A stretch of DNA of 64,000 bases, from the NCBI GenBank assembly GCA_965204605.1, contig OZ241999.1, forward strand, positions 2,010,473 to 2,074,472, given 5' to 3'. Positions 9,742-18,202 of the stretch are shown here, one piece after another. The position numbers were made by a program, and so were the translations under genes. The number at the start of each line of letters is the position of its first letter. The first letter of the stretch is position 1. The notes beneath the pieces are model-generated. The model was not told where the DNA came from. It did not search any database and saw nothing but the letters and a program-made list of their open reading frames with translations. Source of the stretch: Dehalococcoidia bacterium (GTDB lineage: Bacteria > Chloroflexota > Dehalococcoidia > Lucifugimonadales > JADFKI01).

Positions 9742-10415
9742 TATTCGGCAGAACTCCGCAGATGCTCATAGACGGGCGCGGTGATGTGCTTCTCTTCATA
9801 CAGATCGTAGAGCCGATCATCCGATACAAAGCGCATCGTTTTTAGAGCGGGCGCGTCTTTGAAATGCCGATAGGTGAACTCCGCGCTTCGCAAGTAAGCG
9901 CCGGCTACATCGCCGTTGGGGAATTTTCGCTCAAGCTGTAGGCGCAGCCTTGATGTGAATTGCGGTTCATTGAAGTTGAACTGAAAGATGTAAATCAGCT
10001 GTCCGTCAACGAATCCCGCGATGAGCATCACCGGATTTTCGCTCATATGCCGATTGAACTTCTTCCATGTATAGTCGGTGAAGTTGCCGCCGCCGTCCAA
10101 CTTGGGCTTGTTCTTGGCGGTGGAGGCGGTTCGCACATTCTTGGACTTGATTTCGCAATACTCGGCTGCGCCGATTGGCACTTCTTGCCTGAAGCCGTTG
10201 TAGCCGAGCTTTTCGGCGGCGGGCGTGAAACCCGCAAGCATCGCAACGACCATTTGGCGCAGGGTGGTCGCATTCAGGTCGTTGTAGTACAGCGCAACCA
10301 AGTCTAACAGCATCGCCACGAGGTTGTATTTGGATTTATTGACCAAAGCGGCGCTGATTTCGGATTCGGTCATTACGGCGTAGTTTCGGATTAGTTGGAG
10401 CAGGTCTTGGTTCAT
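9741..10415 (-). CDS. putative restriction endonuclease subunit A (unrecognised family)
   Basis: 224-aa ORF between two DNA methyltransferase genes, translationally coupled on both sides. E-x-K-like EYCEIKSK. The nuclease function is inferred from context only. Confidence 0.6.
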   Translation of the reverse strand: MNQDLLQLIRNYAVMTESEISAALVNKSKYNLVAMLLDLVALYYNDLNATTLRQMVVAMLAGFTPAAEKLGYNGFRQEVPIGAAEYCEIKSKNVRTASTAKNKPKLDGGGNFTDYTWKKFNRHMSENPVMLIAGFVDGQLIYIFQFNFNEPQFTSRLRLQLERKFPNGDVAGAYLRSAEFTYRHFKDAPALKTMRFVSDDRLYDLYEEKHITAPVYEHLRSSAE

Positions 10416-11089
10416 TATTCGGCAGAACTCCGTAGATGCCTATAGACGGGACCTGCGATATGTTTTTCTTCAAACAGATCGTCAAGCCGCCTATCTGATA
10501 CAAAGCGCATCGTTTTTAGAGCCGGCACGTCTTTGAAATGCCTAAAAGTGAAGTTCGCGCCGCGCAAGTAAATCCCGGATACGTCGCCGTTGGGAAATTT
10601 TCGCTGCAGTTGCTGCCGCAGCCTTGAGGTGAATTGCGGTTCATTGAAGTTGAACTGAAAGATGTAAATCAGTTGTCCGTCAACGAATCCTGCGACGAGC
10701 ATCACCGGATTTTCGCTTATGTGCCGATTGAACTTTTGCCATGAGTAGTCGGTGAAATTGCCAGCGCCATCCAGTTTGGGCTTGTTTGTGGCAGTAGATG
10801 CAGTTCGCACATTCTTGGGTTTGATTTCGCAATACTCTGTTGCGCCCGTTAGTGCCTCTTGCCTGAAACCATTGTATCCGAGCTTTTCAGTAAGAGGCGT
10901 GAAACCTGCAAGCACTGAAACAACCATTTCACGCAACGCGGACGAATTTAGGTCGTTGTAGTACAGCGTAAGCAAGTCTAACAACATCGCGGCGAGGTTG
11001 TCTTTGGATTTATTGACCAAAGTAGCGCTGATTTCAGAGTGCGGCGCTGTGGCGTAGTCTTCGATCACTTGGAGCAGGTCTTGGTTCAT
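10415..11089 (-). CDS. putative restriction endonuclease subunit B (paralogue of 9741..10415)
   Basis: 224 aa, the same length as its neighbour and identical to it at most positions by eye. EYCEIKPK is conserved. The stop overlaps the start of the next gene (ATGA at 10415). Confidence 0.6.
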   Translation of the reverse strand: MNQDLLQVIEDYATAPHSEISATLVNKSKDNLAAMLLDLLTLYYNDLNSSALREMVVSVLAGFTPLTEKLGYNGFRQEALTGATEYCEIKPKNVRTASTATNKPKLDGAGNFTDYSWQKFNRHISENPVMLVAGFVDGQLIYIFQFNFNEPQFTSRLRQQLQRKFPNGDVSGIYLRGANFTFRHFKDVPALKTMRFVSDRRLDDLFEEKHIAGPVYRHLRSSAE

Positions 11090-11183
11090 AAGGCTTGCCT
11101 TGCGTTAGGAAAATTAACCGACGCATTCCTGCGCCGCTTTGTACAGCATATTGTACATTAGGGTGTCAAGGGCGCTTGTAAGC

Positions 11184-12077
11184 CTATTGGTTATCGCTTT
11201 CGTCCAAATATGCAAGCCATTGGCGCGCGAATTGAACATATTCGGGGTTTAGTTCAATTCCGATGTACTCCAAACCCAGTTCTTGCGCCACTACGCATTC
11301 CGAGCCTGATCCGGCGAACGGGACTAGCACGCGGCCGCCCGTTCCGTTTATGCGGGACAAGATTAGGCGACGGGTGAGTTCCTGTGGTTTCTGCGTGGGA
11401 TGCTTCAGGATGTCGCATTGGCGGTGGTTCGCCAATTCTTGGGGCGGGAATATCTGGCCGCCGCAGGTGTAGCAGACAAACCAGCGTTCTACATGACCGG
11501 CGCCGCCCGCAAGAGCGGGGACTTTTATGACATCTCTGGGCAATGCGCCGCCTTCGTGGGCGTTGTACACCGTGCTTTTGCCGCTGCCGTTGTAGCGGCA
11601 GAATGTTTCTTTGCGCGGCTTGCCCGCCACCTTGAGATAGGCGGGCTTGTACGGCTCGCGTATCTGGTCAATTTCCAGCGTTGGGCGCTTTTCGTCTTGA
11701 CGCCACAAGCAGAGTATAGATTCGTGCGACCGCTGCCAAAACTTGGATGACGGCACCGTCTTGTTGGTGTAGTGCCACTGGAGCCAGCGCTGTCCGTCAA
11801 TGGCGTATCGCGCCGATATGCGCGCAAGGATTTCGGGCAAGCCGTAGATGTAGAGCAACCCGCCGGGGTTCAAGCGGTCGAGGCATTCGGCTATCCATTC
11901 CTGCGTCCACTCCACATAATCGTTCAGCGGCATTGCGTCGCGGTTGTTGCCGAAGTCTTTGCCTATGTTGTACGGCGGATCGGCAATCGCTACATCGAAA
12001 GTTTCGCTCGACGGCAACCCGCGAAGCGCCTCCAGCACATCGCCGTTGATAATGCGCGAGGATGTTGTGGCAGTCAT
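11184..12077 (-). CDS. beta-class DNA amino-methyltransferase, DPPY type
   Basis: Motif IV VAIADPPYNIG, then HPTQKPQEL, then motif I LVPFAGSGSECVVAQELGLEYIGIE. A Cys-containing insert (FVCYTCGG) is present. Confidence 0.9.
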   Translation of the reverse strand: MTATTSSRIINGDVLEALRGLPSSETFDVAIADPPYNIGKDFGNNRDAMPLNDYVEWTQEWIAECLDRLNPGGLLYIYGLPEILARISARYAIDGQRWLQWHYTNKTVPSSKFWQRSHESILCLWRQDEKRPTLEIDQIREPYKPAYLKVAGKPRKETFCRYNGSGKSTVYNAHEGGALPRDVIKVPALAGGAGHVERWFVCYTCGGQIFPPQELANHRQCDILKHPTQKPQELTRRLILSRINGTGGRVLVPFAGSGSECVVAQELGLEYIGIELNPEYVQFARQWLAYLDESDNQ

Positions 12078-12128
12078 TCGCCGTATCTCTCAGTCTCTCT
12101 GATTATCGCCGCCGGTGGATTTGCGAAC

Positions 12129-12158
12129 ATTCTATCGGCAGGAGTTGGTTATTGTCAA
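12129..12158 (-). promoter_or_regulatory. sigma70-like promoter for the M-R-R-M operon
   Basis: On the minus strand, TTGACA (12158-12153), an 18-nt spacer, then TAGAAT (12134-12129). Lies about 50 nt upstream of the start at 12077. Confidence 0.45.
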
Positions 12159-12200
12159 GCGGGTTGACGCGCGGAATAGTTCGGCTTTCGGCGAGGGCGG

Positions 12201-12872
12201 TTATCTGGGGATCACCACATGGATTACTCTTTGTTCGGATTGTAGGATAGTGTCATCGAACAATCCTATATCATGAACGGGCAACTTATCGGCATATTTC
12301 CTGAACGCAGTATGATAGAAATTCCTGAGTATGAAATCAACAAACTGAGATGGAGTCAACGGCGCTGTGACTGGAATTCTACAATTCTTGTATTGCCCGA
12401 GCGTCATATGGGACTTAGGATGCTCCAATTCTCGATGAATGCGATCATCAGAATCATAATCGAAGCGTATCGGAAATGAAACGACGTTCTTCGCCACTAT
12501 GTCGGCATAAACTTCGTCATTGAGGTAGGGATCCGGATCGTTCTGAAATGTCTCAAGAAAGGGTGAGGGGAAGAATGCTAATCTATGAAGTCGCAAGGTA
12601 TTACCAGCGAATTGATACATCATCTGAAGCATTGCTCCGTCGGGCAACTTTGCGGTATACGCTCGTGCATTCAGAATATGCCGATAAATCTCTTCGTAAG
12701 TACGATCTTTTAGCGCAAGCGAAACTTCGTTAGCATTCTGAAATGTGACCTCGACCAAACCTCCACTTGCTGATCGTTGAAATGCGAAACCCTGATCTTC
12801 TGCAAGGCCTGCTTCTATCAAAAAACCAACAAGCCCGTTGATCTGATCTTTAATTTGGTTAGGAGTGGGCAT
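12201..12872 (-). CDS. DUF2290-like protein, partner of the upstream helicase
   Basis: 223-aa ORF 5 nt downstream of the helicase gene in an AT-rich segment. The DUF2290 assignment comes from recollection of size and context, not from a search. Confidence 0.55.
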   Translation of the reverse strand: MPTPNQIKDQINGLVGFLIEAGLAEDQGFAFQRSASGGLVEVTFQNANEVSLALKDRTYEEIYRHILNARAYTAKLPDGAMLQMMYQFAGNTLRLHRLAFFPSPFLETFQNDPDPYLNDEVYADIVAKNVVSFPIRFDYDSDDRIHRELEHPKSHMTLGQYKNCRIPVTAPLTPSQFVDFILRNFYHTAFRKYADKLPVHDIGLFDDTILQSEQRVIHVVIPR

Positions 12873-12877
12873 ATTAC

Positions 12878-15046
12878 TTATCCATTGCCTATAAAGGCTC
12901 TGAGCTTGTCAACCGTGTCCGCGTTCAGGTCTTCGATATGCAGATTGCCGGATTCGATATTAACAATAATATCGTCCAAACTCTTCTGGGCAGTTTCCAA
13001 TTGTTCATGCCCTGATGGGCTCATATCGCGATGAACGACGCGCAACTGCTCGCGTTCCTCTTCGGTTGGATAGACAAACTTCAATTCAAAGCCCCGTGTT
13101 TTCAACTCCTCATATTCTTTCATGAGTTTCTCCATACCATCACCTATGCCTAGCACACGGACCCAAGCCTTGCTTCTGGTGATAGCAGTGAATAGTTGGT
13201 TACGCTTGGTCGCCAAATTAAACTGGGATGGCTGAGACGAATGGCAGTCCTGGGCGTTGATGATGTACACCATCCCGGCTTCGTTGCCTTTTGCGCGAAA
13301 AATGCCAGTGAAGGTTACTGAATCTTCATTGAAGAAGACATCAGGATCAGTGTCCACGCCGGCAAGATGTGAATTGATATTCATTTCGAACAAAAGGCGG
13401 CGTGTTAGTCCAACCTTTGCGCGAGTCGTGCTGGGATCGGGATTTATCACAATAATGTCGTTGTGCTGAAGCTCGCTTTTCGACAAGTCTTCTTTGATCG
13501 CTTCTGCTAACCATCGTGCCTGTTCCTTGTCGCTATCAAAGGGAACGAACTTAACCAAGTCATCAGGATCTGAATGTTCTTCCAGAAACTCTGGGCTAGT
13601 TTCCTCGGTTCTGCGGAGTGTTACGGAAGAGCGTTCTTTTAACTCTCCCTCTTTCCGTTCATAGCCGATTTCTTCCCAAAGTTGCGGGTAATCAAACATT
13701 TGTACGAGCCCGTTAGGTTCACCCGCTGATGGTTCTCGATATATTCCGAAGCCAAGCGCGTGGGCCGTTACAAGCACAGGGCGCGAGTTGCGATAGCATT
13801 TCTCCAAGATAATATCGCGTCTTGGCGTAGCGCTATTACTCGGCAAATTAAACGTTACCTTGGGATCTCCGTTTTCTTTAGTTCCGAAAATCTGCTCCGG
13901 GGAAGGCAAAGACTTTCCCGTGAGACTCTGTAATTCGTCATACGCATAGACCAACCTTTTAGGAGTTTTCAGGAACTCGTAACAGAGTCGGAGAAACTCA
14001 GATGGAAGATCTTGCGCCTCATCTACAAGGATTGCGTCGTAGATCGGCTTGTTTTCAGAGATCAGTTCAATGGCGCGCGCGCAAACTCTCTCAAATTCTC
14101 TGCCTGGGAAAGTTCTCCTAGCGGACCGAAAATCTAGGTATTCGATATTATGCGCGCGGCAAAATTCGTGATAGATTCCATCGCGCTCACTTTGTCCCGG
14201 AGCTCCCCATGCGTTCAAGATACGCAAGTTTTCCCAGTCCGGCTCTGCACTTGTTTGTTCAAGAGCAAAGTTAGTGATCAGTCGACGAAAATACCCCTTC
14301 AATGAGCGAGTGCTGAAGGTTACGGCTATACGCCAGTCAGGGTGCTGAGCATGGAGGTAAGCGGCTTTTAGGGCAAGCACGATGGTCTTGCCAGATCCGG
14401 CTAATCCTCTAATGCGTTGAACGCCGTCGACCGTCTCAATAACGGCTTTGCTTTGCAGGTTGTCTAGAGTAGAGATTGAATCCTCCAGACACTTTAGTTT
14501 AGCACCGCGAGAGTCGTCTTTCTTTATCGTACGTCTAGTTCTGCTCTGGCGGAGGGCGGATATACTCTCGATTACCGACAACGCAACTTCATAGGTATAG
14601 GTGCGTTGCTCGCCCGCATTCCATTTGAAATGCCTTATCTCATCTATGAGGGTATCGCCGTTTGCAATTGGATAGTCGTCAATTTCGCAATCAGCCAGAT
14701 TGCGCACGGCTGGCGCAAATGAAATCGTGTGAATCCGAATGAGCAAATCTCTGCGTCGCACTAAACCTGGATTAAGCCGCAACTTCGCCTCAATCTTGTT
14801 AGCGGAATCGTCCTGACGGACGTCGTAACAGTTTGTATCGGTTCCTTCTATTAGGTCGAATATCACGATTCCTTTATCAGGAGACACCAAGAGAGCGTCG
14901 ATCATATGAGGACCTTCGGAAGTACCGATGATTGGGTATCCAATGAATAGTTGACCAGATATATCTATCTGATCTGAAAAGATATTGTACAACTCTGAAC
15001 TAGAAACATGCTTTTGGTTAGTGCCTCGGACAATTTGAACACCCAT
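12878..15046 (-). CDS. superfamily 1 (UvrD-like) DNA helicase with an N-terminal NERD/nuclease-like region
   Basis: Walker A IRGLAGSGKTIVLALKAAY, Walker B ILVDEAQDL, C-terminal FTAITRSKAWVRVLG. AGAGGAGG RBS upstream. Confidence 0.85.
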   Translation of the reverse strand: MGVQIVRGTNQKHVSSSELYNIFSDQIDISGQLFIGYPIIGTSEGPHMIDALLVSPDKGIVIFDLIEGTDTNCYDVRQDDSANKIEAKLRLNPGLVRRRDLLIRIHTISFAPAVRNLADCEIDDYPIANGDTLIDEIRHFKWNAGEQRTYTYEVALSVIESISALRQSRTRRTIKKDDSRGAKLKCLEDSISTLDNLQSKAVIETVDGVQRIRGLAGSGKTIVLALKAAYLHAQHPDWRIAVTFSTRSLKGYFRRLITNFALEQTSAEPDWENLRILNAWGAPGQSERDGIYHEFCRAHNIEYLDFRSARRTFPGREFERVCARAIELISENKPIYDAILVDEAQDLPSEFLRLCYEFLKTPKRLVYAYDELQSLTGKSLPSPEQIFGTKENGDPKVTFNLPSNSATPRRDIILEKCYRNSRPVLVTAHALGFGIYREPSAGEPNGLVQMFDYPQLWEEIGYERKEGELKERSSVTLRRTEETSPEFLEEHSDPDDLVKFVPFDSDKEQARWLAEAIKEDLSKSELQHNDIIVINPDPSTTRAKVGLTRRLLFEMNINSHLAGVDTDPDVFFNEDSVTFTGIFRAKGNEAGMVYIINAQDCHSSQPSQFNLATKRNQLFTAITRSKAWVRVLGIGDGMEKLMKEYEELKTRGFELKFVYPTEEEREQLRVVHRDMSPSGHEQLETAQKSLDDIIVNIESGNLHIEDLNADTVDKLRAFIGNG

Positions 15047-15067
15047 AGTTGTCCTCCTCTTAACAGC

Positions 15068-15096
15068 AATATACTACAGATTAACGGTATGTGCAA
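15068..15096 (-). promoter_or_regulatory. sigma70-like promoter for the helicase/DUF2290 pair
   Basis: On the minus strand, TTGCAC (15096-15091), a 17-nt spacer, then TATATT (15073-15068), followed by AGAGGAGG and the ATG at 15046. Confidence 0.45.
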
Positions 15097-15238
15097 GTTA
15101 AGGTATTCTGAAATTGCAGTGGTTATCAAATTGAAGCCTTCTAGGAAGCCCTGTGTTAGCAGATACGTCACGGGTTATGAACTCAATACCACTCACCATT
15201 GAGAATACCCAAGTTAAAGCGTTTTCATCACCGCCCCA

Positions 15239-15425
15239 TCACCCAACCCACACTTCGCCCGACAGCAGGCGGGGTAGGGTAGCAGCGTATCGCGCATAGC
15301 GGCGAGGGTTCGCGATTCGTGGCAGTTCGCGAATATGCGCCCCGTCAGCTCAGACGCTACATCATCGAAAGCAGACAGCGCATCCTCACTGGATGCCGAT
15401 TTTGGCCGAGGCATCGAATGGCATT
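15239..15425 (-). pseudogene. hsdS: remnant of a type I restriction specificity subunit (hsdS C-terminus)
   Basis: Minus-strand translation reads ..ALSAFDDVASELTGRIFANCHESRTLAAMRDTLLP. After removing one copy of a 5-nt tandem duplication (CTACC CTACC, plus-strand 15273-15282) it continues RLLSGEVWVG-stop, the canonical HsdS C-terminus. No upstream part of the gene remains. Confidence 0.6.
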
Positions 15426-15455
15426 TGGGGGCTGCCCTCGAGGCTTTGCGCCCCC

Positions 15456-16502
15456 TTACGCCCCTTGATGTATCTGCACCTTCACGGAGCCGGTGGTCTT
15501 GTCGTAGGCGGCGGCGAAGCCCTTTTGGATGTCGTCCAACGGGTAGATGTGCGTTACCATCGGCTTGAGGTCGACTCTGCCGGACGCCATTAAGTTGATG
15601 GCTACTTCGTAGTCGTGCCTGCCGTCGATAATGCCGTAGCAGGATGAGAATATGATGGTCTGCTCTTTGAGCATCGGCGGCAGCCAGTCCACGGTGATGG
15701 GCGCGCGGTAGCCGCCGATGACTACGAAGCGCCCCTGTTCGCGGGTGAGTTGGATTGCCTGCTCTATGGGTTCGGGCTTCCAACCGCCGACGGTTTCCAC
15801 GGTGAGGTCTGCGCCCAAGCCCTGCGTGCTGTCGGCTAGGGCGTCGGGCAGCGCCGGGTCGTCGGGGGCGAAGGCGTAGTCTGCGCCCAAGCGCTTTGCC
15901 AGCGCCGCCTGCTGTTCGTGGCGCGCGGTAACGAATATGGCGCCGGCTCCCAAGGCGCGCGCCGCCGCCACCGCCGTCAAGCCGATGTTGCCGGCGCCCA
16001 GCACCACGACGGTTTCGCCGCCGATAAGCCGCCCGCGCCTTACGCCGTGAACCGATACGGCAAACGGCTCCACCAGCGCGCCCTCTTCCCAAGTGAGACT
16101 GTCGGGCAGCGCGTAACAGCCGGCGGCTTTTCGCTTGATGTACTCCGCGAATCCGCCGCCTTCGGGCGCCGCCATATCAAGACACTGCTTATATTGCCCG
16201 GTGCGGCAGTACCAGCATTTGAGGCAGGCGCGCCCGTGTCCGATGGTCTCTATGGCGACGCGGCTTCCCAGCATCGAGGCTTCTACGCCATCGCCGATGG
16301 ATATGACTTCGCCCGCCACTTCGTGGCCGACGGGGGATTCGTCGGCTTCGGTCTGGTCGGCTTTCATCTGCAGGTCTGAGCCGCATATGCCGGTGGCGCG
16401 CACGCGCACAACAGCGTCGCCCTCGCCCGCTTCAGGCTTGGGGTAGTCGGCGAGGGTCATCGCGCCCTTGCCGTCAAAGAATGCCGCTTTCATCGTAGTC
16501 AT
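15456..16502 (-). CDS. zinc-dependent alcohol/polyol dehydrogenase (MDR family)
   Basis: GICGSDL, GHEVAGEV, a structural-zinc Cys cluster (CLKCWYCRTGQYKQC) and VLGAGNIGL. ATG at 16502 follows AGAAGGGAGAG. The ORF track's 16532 start is less likely. Confidence 0.9.
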   Translation of the reverse strand: MTTMKAAFFDGKGAMTLADYPKPEAGEGDAVVRVRATGICGSDLQMKADQTEADESPVGHEVAGEVISIGDGVEASMLGSRVAIETIGHGRACLKCWYCRTGQYKQCLDMAAPEGGGFAEYIKRKAAGCYALPDSLTWEEGALVEPFAVSVHGVRRGRLIGGETVVVLGAGNIGLTAVAAARALGAGAIFVTARHEQQAALAKRLGADYAFAPDDPALPDALADSTQGLGADLTVETVGGWKPEPIEQAIQLTREQGRFVVIGGYRAPITVDWLPPMLKEQTIIFSSCYGIIDGRHDYEVAINLMASGRVDLKPMVTHIYPLDDIQKGFAAAYDKTTGSVKVQIHQGA

Positions 16503-16573
16503 TTCGCGCTCTCCCTTCTGACGCTGACGCATCGGTTGGTCGGTTGATTCGCGGTGTACGATAAGGGCCCGGG

Positions 16574-17317
16574 CTAGTTCGCCGCTAGGAAGGCGCGCGA
16601 GCCGCTGAGTATGAGGTCGTTCAGCGCTACGGCGGTGTGAAGATCGGATGAGAGCTTCCTGCCGGCGGCGTGGATGCGCTCGCCTATCGCGTTTTGGGCT
16701 TCCTGCACAACAGGATGTTCGGGCTTGCCGGGGTATCCCATTGATTGAGCGAGGTCGTTTGTCCCCCAGGCGAAGCAGTCTATGCCGTCCACCGCCAGTA
16801 TGGCGTCAAGGTTGGCGAATGCGGTGGCGGATTCCAGCTGCGCCATAACCAGCATCTCTTTGTTGGTGAGTTCCATAAACTCGCTACGGTCAAGTCCCGG
16901 TTGGTCAATCAGTCCGCCATCATTGTAGAAAGTGCCTCTGCCGCCGCCCCAGCTTCGCTCGCCTTCGGGCGTGAAGCGGCAGGCGTCCACCAGCGCCTTC
17001 GCCTCTTGCGCGGTCTCTACATGCGGGCCCAGCACGCCCATAACGCCGCGGTCAAGGAACAGGTTGATTGCGTTGGGGGACTTGTCGGGGACGCGCGCGA
17101 TGGTGGTCAGTCCGTAGCCGTCGGCAACGCGCACCATTGCGTCGATGGATTCGGGCGAAAACAGCCCGTGTTCGCCGTCAAGGTTCACGAAGTCGAAGCC
17201 GCCCAGCATTCCCACAAGCTCAATGGCTTCGGCGCTTGGGAAGACGAGGCTCAAGCCCAAGCCCTTCTTGCCTTGCCGGTTCTTCTCGAAGATGTTGTTC
17301 TTTCTGATTCGCGCCAT
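16574..17317 (-). CDS. HpcH/HpaI-family 2-keto-3-deoxy-acid aldolase
   Basis: FDFVNLDGEHG, ARVP, and MAQLESATAFANLDAILAVDGIDCFAWGTNDLAQSMG. Confidence 0.85.
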   Translation of the reverse strand: MARIRKNNIFEKNRQGKKGLGLSLVFPSAEAIELVGMLGGFDFVNLDGEHGLFSPESIDAMVRVADGYGLTTIARVPDKSPNAINLFLDRGVMGVLGPHVETAQEAKALVDACRFTPEGERSWGGGRGTFYNDGGLIDQPGLDRSEFMELTNKEMLVMAQLESATAFANLDAILAVDGIDCFAWGTNDLAQSMGYPGKPEHPVVQEAQNAIGERIHAAGRKLSSDLHTAVALNDLILSGSRAFLAAN

Positions 17318-17440
17318 ATCCCCTTCTCCTTATGCGTGTAATGTATGCGGTATGCGGTTGATTGCGGTTTCAGTTCATTCAGTCGGCTTGCGGACGGCGG
17401 GCTTACGGTTCATATGCCTTAGTTGCCCGCCAATTGGCGC

Positions 17441-18130
17441 TTATGCGTCGGCTTGGGCGGGCGGCAGGACGCTCTTTATCCATGCCGCAAGATCGGTTAG
17501 CGTATCTTGGCTGATTTCGTGCGCCATAGGGTATTCGGCGTACTGCGGTTGATAGCCTTCGGAGCGCAGGAACGCCACCGCGTCGCGCGCCGAGTCTATG
17601 GGCAATACCATATCCGTCGTGCCGTGTACAACGAATATGGGCTGCGCGCGCTCATCGGGCAGACGTTGGCGCAGCGCGTCGACATCAGGCGCAACGCCGC
17701 TGAGCACCGCCAAGCCTTTGAAGATGTGCGGATTTGGCAAGCCGCAGCGGTAGGTCATCATCCCGCCCTGCGAAAAGCCGCCAAGGATGATCTGCCCGGT
17801 TTCGGTAGGATACTGCGCGGTTGCGTCATCTACCAGCGCGGCGAGCATATCGGCGGCGCGCTCCATGTCGTCGGCGCTGCGGGCGTCGCGCGGAGGCGTC
17901 CAACCGAAGCCGGTCATGCCGGGGCCGATCTGGAAGGGAATGGGCGCATTCGGGCAGATATAGACATACCCGGCGGCGTCTATGGCAGCCGCAAGCCCCG
18001 CCAAATCGCCCATATGCGCGCCGAAGCCGTGCAGCAGGATTATCATCGGATACTTGCGCGCGGGATCGTAGCCGTCGGGCTCAACGGCGAGGTATTGCAG
18101 CGTGCTGCCCTCATATCGCTTTGTCTGCAT
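17441..18130 (-). CDS. alpha/beta hydrolase, phospholipase/carboxylesterase family
   Basis: ILLHGFGAH, nucleophile elbow GGFSQGG, and a C-terminal H in MAHEIS. Confidence 0.85.
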   Translation of the reverse strand: MQTKRYEGSTLQYLAVEPDGYDPARKYPMIILLHGFGAHMGDLAGLAAAIDAAGYVYICPNAPIPFQIGPGMTGFGWTPPRDARSADDMERAADMLAALVDDATAQYPTETGQIILGGFSQGGMMTYRCGLPNPHIFKGLAVLSGVAPDVDALRQRLPDERAQPIFVVHGTTDMVLPIDSARDAVAFLRSEGYQPQYAEYPMAHEISQDTLTDLAAWIKSVLPPAQADA

Positions 18131-18202
18131 TTGCGGTTCCTAGTTCTTGGTTCGGTTAGACGCTGCGGTGCTTGCGCCGTTCCATATCTGAGTAAGCATC
18201 CG

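Noticed and set aside
11164-11169. TTGACA hexamer as the -35 element of an internal promoter for the putative nuclease genes
   Set aside because: No acceptable -10 hexamer lies at 16-19 nt spacing. Only the TGTACA dyad is reported, as an observation.
15214-16092. 292-aa Arg-rich minus-strand ORF
   Set aside because: Most of it overlaps the Zn-ADH gene out of frame. Only its last 60 or so codons are meaningful, and these are reported separately as the hsdS remnant.
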